DNA of 64,000 bases from Acidobacteriota bacterium. GTDB taxonomy: Bacteria; Acidobacteriota; Blastocatellia; RBC074. Below the pieces are notes generated by a model that ran no database searches, was not told the DNA's origin, and saw nothing but the letters and a program-made list of their open reading frames with translations. This document shows, piece after piece, positions 19,762-27,738 of the stretch. Within the stretch, counting starts at the first letter, position 1, and each line of letters starts with the position of its first letter. A program made the position numbers and the translations under genes. The stretch covers positions 69,443-133,442 of the forward strand of contig JAFDVI010000001.1 of the NCBI GenBank assembly GCA_018269055.1, in the 5' to 3' direction.

Positions 19762-20133
19762 TTAAGCCGTAAGGTTTAATGCCTTGCAAACGGCCTCGCG
19801 CAATTCATCTTCGTCGTAAGATTTGCTGATGTAGTTTGTCGCGCCCGCTCTCATTGCGCTGCGCGCATGCTCCCAATGGGGCGCGGCTGAAGCGACAATA
19901 ATTGGCAAAGTTTCCTGTCGGCTTCGGATCAGCTCAATGAGAGCGGATGGCTCCGCCACCGCAGTCGCATCTATAAAAAGCAGTACGTATTCGCAGCCTT
20001 CAATTGACGCCAGGACATCTTTTTCTCCCACCGCATCTACTTCTCCCAGCCCAACCAGTGCCGACCTGAGCGTTCTGAGCCAATACTGGCTTTGCGATCC
20101 GTTGATGAGGAGGAATCGCATCTTAGAAACCAT
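19762..20133 (-). CDS. Stand-alone single-domain receiver (CheY-like) with a degenerate acidic pocket
   Basis: 123 aa. The putative phospho-Asp is in VLLFIDAT and the conserved Lys in YISKSYD. The N-terminal acidic pair is replaced (LLINGSQS). Confidence 0.65.
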   Translation of the reverse strand: MVSKMRFLLINGSQSQYWLRTLRSALVGLGEVDAVGEKDVLASIEGCEYVLLFIDATAVAEPSALIELIRSRQETLPIIVASAAPHWEHARSAMRAGATNYISKSYDEDELREAVCKALNLTA

Positions 20134-20148
20134 ACTTTTCTTCCGATC

Positions 20149-23100
20149 TCAATTTAATCGCGGGAGTTCAATTACTACCCGTGTACCAGTCTTTTCGCCT
20201 TTGGTGCTGGTCCAGGGAATCTGAATGCTACCGCCGTATTTTTTGATTATGGCCTGCGCCTTGAGCAAGCCGCCCCCTAACCCTTCACCGCCGTCTTCCT
20301 TGGAAATGATGCCCTTGAAAAGTTTGTCCAAAACCTTTTTAGGAATGCCCCTCCCCGTATCTTCAAAGGTGATTTCCACCTTTCCGTTCTCTTGGCTGGT
20401 GGTCACAGTGACCTCTTTCCGTTTGGAGTTCGCGACTGCCCGCACTGCATTGTCAATCACAATGTCACAGGCGAACTGAAACCAATCAGGACTGATTCTG
20501 ACTTCCAGCGGGTCGCTTGGTAGCAGGTTAAGTTTGTACTTCGTCCTTTGCTCAGGGTCATTTTCCCTGCGCGTTCTGATTTGCTCAGCCAACAGGTCGT
20601 TGACCGAAACATTTGTCACCCCCTCTTCGTTGGTGACCGGCGGAGTGATCTTGTAGTCCTGAATTTTTTGCGCGAGTTCCCTGATTTTCCTGAGCTTCTT
20701 GTCCTGTTCTCTAGTCAGCTTTTTCCCGTACGGATCGTCGAAGATTTCGCCGACTTCGGCGGCAATCGTAATCGCCTTTCCCTCGATCTCGTGCCTCCAC
20801 ACTCCGCTGACCATATCCATCCAGGAAAGCTCCGTGCTCGCCTGAATCTGCACATTGGCTTCAATCAGGCTTTTGTACTTTCGGGCATTTTGAATGGCGA
20901 TGGCTGCCTGTGTCGCCAGTGACTCCAAATCCCGTTTATCTTCTTCGTCAAAGGCGTTTGGTTCCGGATGTTCCAGGTTGATTACATAAACCACTTCGTC
21001 ATCAATGATGATTGGAACCGCGAGTTCCGCTTTGGTGGCGGGGTAATATGAAAGGTAGTCCGGGTCTTTGGATACGTCCCCGACCAAATACGATCGCTTA
21101 TCGCGAACAACCCGACCAGTAATTCCGATTCGCTTGCCCGGCTCAGGATTAAGCGGGATCGGAGGATTCTCGGGCGGCGAAGTCGGATAATAAGCCTCCG
21201 CTACGGCTTCATTCCCGACGATCCGCCTGATCGCCACAAAAGCTCCTTCTTCATTGGCGAGCTTCCACATCCAGGGAATGATTTTATTGATGACTTCGCG
21301 TTCAACGAGCGTCCTGGTAATTTCCTCGCCTGCTTCGTGCAAGGTCTGCAATGCTGTAACGCGTCTCCGCAATGCTTCATAAAGGCGCGTATTTCGGATG
21401 GCAACAGCGGCTTGGTCGGCAAAGAGTTCGATGTTCCGCTGCTCATTTGGCGTAAAGTTGTGCTGAGAACGGTTATTGACGAATAGGACGCCAACCGATT
21501 CCGTGCCGAGTCGCAGCGGAACAGCCAAACAGGATTTGATTTCTTCCTCTCGGGCAAATCGTTTGTCATGAAACATCGGGTCTGATGAAACGTCATCCGC
21601 TTTCACCGTCTTTCCCAGTTTCATAATTTCGTAAACCAGGGAATTCTCGGGAACTTCATCCCCACTAGCCAACTGCTCATCCCATACGCCAACCATGGTC
21701 CGCGGCTTCCTGAAGCTATTCTTCTCCTGATCGTAAACGAACAACACAATTGGCTCACAACCCGTAGTTTCTTTCGTGCCGTGGACAATTGTATTCAACG
21801 TTGTATCCAGGTCGCCGAGCGTGGTGACTTTCGCCACGACTTTTGCCGTGTCGCGCGTGGCCTTCAACTCTTTCATCTGACGTGCATTGTCGTACGTGCT
21901 CGCCGCTTGATTGACGTAGAGTTGCAAGGACCTGAGTTCCTGGCCGGTAAAATTGTGTGGCTCGGCGTAAGCAACCCAAAGCACTCCATGCCGCCGGCCT
22001 TGAGCAAAGAAGGGCAGGCAGATCGCTGCTCTAACCCCGTGTTCGAGAAGCAGTGGATTGGTTCGCCCCGGTTGGCGTTTCAAGTCAGGGATGGCAATCA
22101 GTTGGCCGCCGCGCATGACTTCGAGCGACACGCCATTTGCTCGAACGGAACGCGTTAAATCAAGCTGGCGTCCGATTTCATCAGGAATGATTCGCAGAGG
22201 GCGATAAGTTATCTCGTCAATCAAGATAATTCCTGCAAACAGAGCCTTCGTTGCTTTGCGCGTCAGTTCGCAGATAATTTGCAGCACCTGATCGGGGTCT
22301 TGCGGCGCGACCAGTTTGTCACTGGCGCGAGTGAGCGCTTCCTGCCTGATTCGCGCTTCCTGAGTTTGCTGAAACAGATTGTGATTCTCAACCGCTACGG
22401 CCGCCGCATTGACGAAAGTCATCAGGGATTTGAGGTCTTCTTCTGTAATGGGCAAGCGTGTGAAGTTATTGTCGGCAACGACCACGCCGAAAACGTGCCC
22501 TCGCACATTAAGCGGGGCCACCACCAGTTGCGGTCCGGGCAAAAATGCTTCCAGCAACCGATCTGGCAGTTTCAGCGCCTGATCACCTTCCAAGATGAGA
22601 CCCTTGCTATGCCTGCCATCAAGGACCTCATTGAATATATCGTCCGCTGAAGGCTTGCGTTCAAACCGCAATTCCTGCACCTTCGCGCCAACCGGCGTGA
22701 GTTCGATCTTTCCCTGCTCAAGCAGCTTTGTGTAATGAAAGAAATCGTCCAGCGTAGGCGCTTGCCAATCTCGCCAAACCGTATCCGCAGAAGCATGGTC
22801 AAATTGACCTATTCCGCATTTACCGACCAATTCCCCGCGTTCGTCCAGAAGAAAGAGGGCGGCGCGATTGAACCCCAATCCGTAACCCGCCGTGACGCCG
22901 GTCAAGGTGACGTGCAGCAAGCGTTCCAACCTCTGCGCAGCGGTCAATCCTTCATCGCCAAGCATTTTTTGAATGTAAAAGCTGACCTGATGGAGCAGGT
23001 TGAGCTGCTTGTTGACCTTTTCCTTTTGCGTCCCAAGCCGTGCGTTCTGCAATGTCAGCGAGGCGCGCCCTGCCAGCCGTTCCAACATCTCCTCATCGGT

Positions 23101-25350
23101 TTCGACAAACTGCCGGCTGTCGGTGCTTCCTACAACCAGCAGATATTCAATTTGTTCGCTGGGTTTGAGCGGCACAGCCACGACGGTCTTGAAGTGAAAT
23201 TGGTCGAAAGCGTGCTCGCGCTTGTGCCACTCATCATATTCAGCCTTGAACTGCGGTCTGCCCGTGCGGATGACTTCACCAAGCAATCCCTCCACAGACG
23301 AGGGATAGATAGAAGGCAGTGTGTTTTCGGGAAAAGTTCGGCAAAGCTCCAACTCCAACTGGCCGGGGCGGCAGGCAAAGAGAAAACTATTCGAATAATC
23401 CAGCACCTCTGCCGCGTACCGCGTGATTTCCTGTTCCAGTTCCGAGACCTTCAGTCCGCCTTGAATGTGCAAAAGGGCCTTGTTCAGCTTATCCAACAAA
23501 TGGTTGCGGTATTCGGTGAGGTCGAACTGCCAAAGACGGTCAATCAGACCAGTGATCTGGTGCGCAATGGCCGTAGCTGTCGGATAATCGGTTTCGTCGG
23601 TAGCGAAGGGAAATATCCCCGCCTTCTGCACTTCGCCGAGGGTGAGCAACCCAACGATCCTGTCGTCTTTCAGCAGGGGAACCAGCATCAACGTTTGAAT
23701 GTCTTCGCTAAGCCGCAAATATCCGGCAAATTGAATCAACTCCTGCCGCCACTCGGCGTCGCTGTGGAAAATTACTTTGCACTGGTTGGTATCGAAGATT
23801 TCCCGTAACAAGGCGCAGTCAGAGATTTTCATTGGAAATCCGGAGGCCGACCTATCATCCGGCCCCAGACCTGCATCCAGGGGAACATGTGAAACCTTGC
23901 TGACCAGGGTCTGGCTGTTTTCGTTGTATAGAAAAATGCTGCAGAAACTACTTTGTAACCGTTCAGCCAGCAGCCGCGCCAAAGCATTCAACCCCTCTTT
24001 AAGCGTGGCGGCTTCGGCCATGATCCTGCTGGCCTCCGAGAGGACCGCCAGTTGAGCATCCTTTTTTTGAATCTCTGTCAGATTTTCGAAATGGCCGATA
24101 CTGCCCAGATAAGCGCCGCTGGCGTCGTGGACGTAAGCCGCTGAAAGAAGAACAGGGACAGGGCGGCCATCTTTGGTCACCAACTCGGTTCTTTCCTGTC
24201 GCACCATGTGGTCTGAAGCGGTTTCCAGCATTTTGCCGATGCGTTGGGCTTCCGAAAATTTGAGATAGAGAATTTGAACGCCTTTCCCGATCAATTCCTC
24301 TTCCGTGTAGCCCAAAATCTGCAACGCCCGCTGGTTGACGAAATTGATCTTGCCTTCGGTATCAATGGCGATCTGGCCATTGGGCGAGCAGTGATCAAAA
24401 AGAGCCAGTTTTTGTTTTTCGGCGTCCAGTTGCTGCGCCAAATCTTTGGTCTGTTGAAAGAGCGCGGCATGTCGAATAGCTATAGCGGCCTGTGTGGCAA
24501 TGGTTTCAGCAAGTCTTTGGTGTTCTTCCTTGAAATAGCCAGTTTCGCGACAACTAAAGGTGAACACTCCTATGGCTTCATCGCCGTCTTTAAGCGGCAC
24601 GAGCAAAGCGGAGCCTCGCCGTAAGACGTCATCGGCCAAGATCAGCCAGCGTGGATCGGTGGTGAAATCGTCCAGACGCAGCGACTCAGAATTATTCATG
24701 ACCCATTTTGCACAGCCGTTGGCAAGGATCATCCGCGCCTTTTCATCCGACATGGCCAGTTCGTGGCCCCGCCAATTGTGCAGGCTGCCGTCTGCCTTGA
24801 CGAGCAGTAGACTTCCTTCGTGCGCGCCAATGCTGGTGGTTGCTCGCGTGATGGTTTCCTGCAGCAGGGTTTCCAGATCAAGATGCCTGAGATTCAATTG
24901 GTCAGAAATAACGCTGAGTAATTTCAGTGTGTCGAGTTCCTTAAACAGATGATGCTGCTGTGCGGCGTGGCGGATCAAGATGGCCAGTTCTTCCGGGTTA
25001 AAAGGCTTGGCTAAATACCGGAACGCTCCTGCCTGCAAGGCCTCCAAAGCCCGCTCCATTCCCCAGCCTGTGAAGATGATTGTTTCAGTGCGCGGCGAAT
25101 GCTTTTTGATATGGCTCATCAGGTCAACGCCGGAACGGATCGGACTTTTTCCGGCGCTGGGCGCCAGCACATCATCAATTAGCGCGACGTGATAAGGAAG
25201 TGTTGCACTTGTCACAAGTTCCCAAGCCTGCTCGGCGTCAGCGGCGGCATCCACGTGATAGTCATAGTCGGTTTGCAAAAATTCAGTCAACGGTTCGCGC
25301 AGGTTTATGTCATCGTCCACCAGCAAAACCCGCAAAGGCTCGTCGCTCAT
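20149..25350 (-). CDS. Giant multidomain signalling protein: REC (with insertion) - multiple GAF domains - PAS - further GAF domains - C-terminal histidine-kinase-like ATPase (HATPase_c)
   Basis: 1733 aa. The N-terminus is VLLVDDDINLRE...ALIDDVLAPSAGKSPIRSGVDL. At least five GAF-like modules are present. The C-terminus carries the N-box IDNAVRAV and the G-boxes DTGRGIP and GGEGLGGGL. A possible H-region is VWRHEIEGK. A strong GAAGGAGGG RBS precedes it. Its ATG overlaps the stop of the upstream kinase gene (ATGA). Confidence 0.8.
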   Translation of the reverse strand: MSDEPLRVLLVDDDINLREPLTEFLQTDYDYHVDAAADAEQAWELVTSATLPYHVALIDDVLAPSAGKSPIRSGVDLMSHIKKHSPRTETIIFTGWGMERALEALQAGAFRYLAKPFNPEELAILIRHAAQQHHLFKELDTLKLLSVISDQLNLRHLDLETLLQETITRATTSIGAHEGSLLLVKADGSLHNWRGHELAMSDEKARMILANGCAKWVMNNSESLRLDDFTTDPRWLILADDVLRRGSALLVPLKDGDEAIGVFTFSCRETGYFKEEHQRLAETIATQAAIAIRHAALFQQTKDLAQQLDAEKQKLALFDHCSPNGQIAIDTEGKINFVNQRALQILGYTEEELIGKGVQILYLKFSEAQRIGKMLETASDHMVRQERTELVTKDGRPVPVLLSAAYVHDASGAYLGSIGHFENLTEIQKKDAQLAVLSEASRIMAEAATLKEGLNALARLLAERLQSSFCSIFLYNENSQTLVSKVSHVPLDAGLGPDDRSASGFPMKISDCALLREIFDTNQCKVIFHSDAEWRQELIQFAGYLRLSEDIQTLMLVPLLKDDRIVGLLTLGEVQKAGIFPFATDETDYPTATAIAHQITGLIDRLWQFDLTEYRNHLLDKLNKALLHIQGGLKVSELEQEITRYAAEVLDYSNSFLFACRPGQLELELCRTFPENTLPSIYPSSVEGLLGEVIRTGRPQFKAEYDEWHKREHAFDQFHFKTVVAVPLKPSEQIEYLLVVGSTDSRQFVETDEEMLERLAGRASLTLQNARLGTQKEKVNKQLNLLHQVSFYIQKMLGDEGLTAAQRLERLLHVTLTGVTAGYGLGFNRAALFLLDERGELVGKCGIGQFDHASADTVWRDWQAPTLDDFFHYTKLLEQGKIELTPVGAKVQELRFERKPSADDIFNEVLDGRHSKGLILEGDQALKLPDRLLEAFLPGPQLVVAPLNVRGHVFGVVVADNNFTRLPITEEDLKSLMTFVNAAAVAVENHNLFQQTQEARIRQEALTRASDKLVAPQDPDQVLQIICELTRKATKALFAGIILIDEITYRPLRIIPDEIGRQLDLTRSVRANGVSLEVMRGGQLIAIPDLKRQPGRTNPLLLEHGVRAAICLPFFAQGRRHGVLWVAYAEPHNFTGQELRSLQLYVNQAASTYDNARQMKELKATRDTAKVVAKVTTLGDLDTTLNTIVHGTKETTGCEPIVLFVYDQEKNSFRKPRTMVGVWDEQLASGDEVPENSLVYEIMKLGKTVKADDVSSDPMFHDKRFAREEEIKSCLAVPLRLGTESVGVLFVNNRSQHNFTPNEQRNIELFADQAAVAIRNTRLYEALRRRVTALQTLHEAGEEITRTLVEREVINKIIPWMWKLANEEGAFVAIRRIVGNEAVAEAYYPTSPPENPPIPLNPEPGKRIGITGRVVRDKRSYLVGDVSKDPDYLSYYPATKAELAVPIIIDDEVVYVINLEHPEPNAFDEEDKRDLESLATQAAIAIQNARKYKSLIEANVQIQASTELSWMDMVSGVWRHEIEGKAITIAAEVGEIFDDPYGKKLTREQDKKLRKIRELAQKIQDYKITPPVTNEEGVTNVSVNDLLAEQIRTRRENDPEQRTKYKLNLLPSDPLEVRISPDWFQFACDIVIDNAVRAVANSKRKEVTVTTSQENGKVEITFEDTGRGIPKKVLDKLFKGIISKEDGGEGLGGGLLKAQAIIKKYGGSIQIPWTSTKGEKTGTRVVIELPRLN

Positions 25351-27566
25351 TTCGCCCCTCCTTCATCGGCAGCGGGCAATTCGACCAGAATTGTTGTCCC
25401 CAATGGAACGAAGCTTTCTTCAACGCTCACCCTGCCGCCCATCGAATTGACGAAGCTGCGCGCAATGAACAGTCCCAAACCGCTGCCGCCGCGTGTCGAA
25501 AATCCGGGTGAAAAAATCTTTTCCCATAACTGGCGGTGAATGCCTGGGCCGCTGTCCCAGAATCTGACCTGAACGGGCAACTCCCCTTCTCCCAAACTAC
25601 TGCTAATTGACAGCGAACGATGGTCGCCTCCCTTTATGGCCATTTGCTGTACGGCGTTGAGCATCAGATTCAGAAAGATTTGCTGCAAGGTGATGACGCT
25701 GCCTGCGACTTTAGGAAGCCCATCGGCCAGACGGCGGTTTATTTTCACGCCCTCTCGTCGCGCGACGGGTAGCAACAATGTTTCCGCGCGCAGCAACACC
25801 TGATTGAGGTCGCAGCCGCTGTCGCTGTGCTGAAGGTTGGTGCGGGACAATTGCTGAAAAGCCTCTACCGTATTCTTCATATCAACCACCATGTCGAGCA
25901 CGCGCTTGGAATCGAGCTTTAAGCGATCCTGTCCCTCGCATTTGCGCAGCAGGTTGAGAACCTGGATTTCGAGGCCGGAAACCTTGTTGGCGACTTCATG
26001 GCCGAAGCCTGCGCCCAGTTCTCCGCTCAACAGCATGGGGTGCATGGCCTGCAATCGTCTGTTGATGACGTCTTCGGTCAGAAGGGCTGAGAAAAGCGCC
26101 GCGCCCACGTATGCGTCCCGCAGCAGGCTGTCTCGTTGAAACCGATCCGGATCGCGGTGAAAAAAGAAGGCGGCGTGCCGGACTTCGCCGTGCACCTTGA
26201 TCGGGACGCCGAGGCAGGATTCGAAGCTCACATAATCGAGCAGCCGCGCAAAGCGAGCGCGCCCGCGGTCGCTGGCCTGGTTTTCGATTACCGACCTGCT
26301 TTCGCAAATCACATCTTTGACTGGACTTTCACGTAACGCATAGAAGGCCTCCTGATTTACAGCCACGCCCTCGGTCTGCGCCAGCAAGCTGATGGCCTGA
26401 GATACCGGATCAAGACAGAAGATCATCCCCGCCTGCGCGCGCATGTTTTTCGTGATCCAGGAAAGCGCCGCTTTCAGGCGATGAAACGGCGCGTCTTCCA
26501 AATCTTCAAACAGTTCCAGTTCGGGAAAGATTAGGGTTTGATCCCGTTCCGGAATGTGTTTGGCGTGCCAGGGCTTGATCGCTTCGCCCCCCGCCAGACG
26601 CAGAAAAAAGTGCTCTAACTCAGCCAGATCCAATGGTTTGGGAAAGACTTCCGACACCTCAAGTTCTTCGATTTCCGATGCACGGCCCGCCAATGTATCC
26701 GGTGTGCTCATCACGCAAATATGCGCTTGACTGCCCAGCTTTTTGGCGTGGCGAACAAGCTCCAATCCATCGCAATCGAACAAGGTCAAATCAGCAAGGA
26801 TCAACCCCCAATCTTTTTGTCCCAATTGGAATAGGCCCTCATTCAGGGTCGCGACCGGCTCAACCTCACAGCCGTGTTGTTTCAGCCAAGTCGTCAGTGA
26901 ATCACGCATCGCCGGATGATCCTCCACCAGCAGAATCGGCCCGATCAAAAGACACACCTCCGGAGTAATCATCTCGCCGGTAAAGGCCGCTGCCATAGAT
27001 GCGGTCACATCCGTTTCATCTATCCCGGTTTCCACTTGATCAAACATCGCCAACGCCCGTTTACGTTGTTGCAACCGCGCTTTAATGCTCAACAGAACTT
27101 TCTTTCTGCTCGGATCAATCCGTGTAACCACTGCTTCAACGCGGTCTTCCAGCCAAAACAATTCCTCTGGACGCGCAATCCGGCGTTCGCTCAACTCGTC
27201 GAGCGACACAAAACCTCTGATGCCTGGACAAAGGCGGACAGAAACACCGTTGGAGTGCAAAGCGCTGATGGCTCCTTCAATCACACTGCCTTCGCGGTGA
27301 AGGCGCAGAAAATCGTCCCAACCGTCTTCCAGCAAATCGCGGCGACTCAGTTCCAAGCACTTGTCTGTTTTTTCCAGGCCGATGACGATGCCCTGTACCA
27401 GTTCGCCAACCTGCGTCACTTTCGCCGGTTCTAGATCAGGTTCCAGACTTAATTCGCGGCGGCGAATGTATGCTCTTGTTTTGTCGCGGAGTTGCAGAAA
27501 GACACCAAAGGGCAGAATTGATTCAACAATTCCTTCCACTTTTTGTCCGATTTGATAGCCGCTCAT
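25347..27566 (-). CDS. Hybrid sensor histidine kinase with two N-terminal S1 RNA-binding domains: S1-S1-REC-GAF-HisKA-HATPase_c
   Basis: The S1 motifs are GQKVEGIVESILPFGVFLQL and GSVIEGAISALHSNGVSVRL. The REC is ILLVEDHPAMRD...LILADLTL. The H-box is GFGHEVANKV. HATPase motifs are LNLMLNAVQ, DSGPGI and GGSGLGLFIARS. An AGGAG RBS lies 8 nt upstream of the ATG at 27566. The longer ORF to 27872 lacks an RBS and overlaps the promoter region. Confidence 0.8.
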   Translation of the reverse strand: MSGYQIGQKVEGIVESILPFGVFLQLRDKTRAYIRRRELSLEPDLEPAKVTQVGELVQGIVIGLEKTDKCLELSRRDLLEDGWDDFLRLHREGSVIEGAISALHSNGVSVRLCPGIRGFVSLDELSERRIARPEELFWLEDRVEAVVTRIDPSRKKVLLSIKARLQQRKRALAMFDQVETGIDETDVTASMAAAFTGEMITPEVCLLIGPILLVEDHPAMRDSLTTWLKQHGCEVEPVATLNEGLFQLGQKDWGLILADLTLFDCDGLELVRHAKKLGSQAHICVMSTPDTLAGRASEIEELEVSEVFPKPLDLAELEHFFLRLAGGEAIKPWHAKHIPERDQTLIFPELELFEDLEDAPFHRLKAALSWITKNMRAQAGMIFCLDPVSQAISLLAQTEGVAVNQEAFYALRESPVKDVICESRSVIENQASDRGRARFARLLDYVSFESCLGVPIKVHGEVRHAAFFFHRDPDRFQRDSLLRDAYVGAALFSALLTEDVINRRLQAMHPMLLSGELGAGFGHEVANKVSGLEIQVLNLLRKCEGQDRLKLDSKRVLDMVVDMKNTVEAFQQLSRTNLQHSDSGCDLNQVLLRAETLLLPVARREGVKINRRLADGLPKVAGSVITLQQIFLNLMLNAVQQMAIKGGDHRSLSISSSLGEGELPVQVRFWDSGPGIHRQLWEKIFSPGFSTRGGSGLGLFIARSFVNSMGGRVSVEESFVPLGTTILVELPAADEGGAK

Positions 27567-27738
27567 GCTGAAACTCCTGAATGTATCATTCCCGGAATTA
27601 GGGTAATGCGAGAACTGGCGAAGGGTACTTACATTCTCCTTACAAATTTCGACAGCGGCAGAAGTTACGGCTCCGGCCAGGGGCGTAGAATGTTTGAGGG
27701 ACAAGCTGGCGGCTTGTTCCTCATCTTCGGTGGGTTTT

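Noticed and set aside
22735-23808. 357-aa plus-strand ORF inside the 1733-aa signalling gene. Similar antisense ORFs occur at 28405-29625, 30127-32379, 37065-37733, 38671-39291, 47225-47869, 51229-52608, 54788-55447 and 56412-57356.
   Set aside because: All lie opposite strongly supported CDSs and have low-complexity Arg-rich translations. They are spurious GC-driven ORFs.
27689-27720. Imperfect 11-bp hairpin between the CocE/NonD gene and the S1-kinase gene
   Set aside because: On the minus strand no U-tract follows it. It may be a weak terminator or RNA structure, but I cannot call it an intrinsic terminator.
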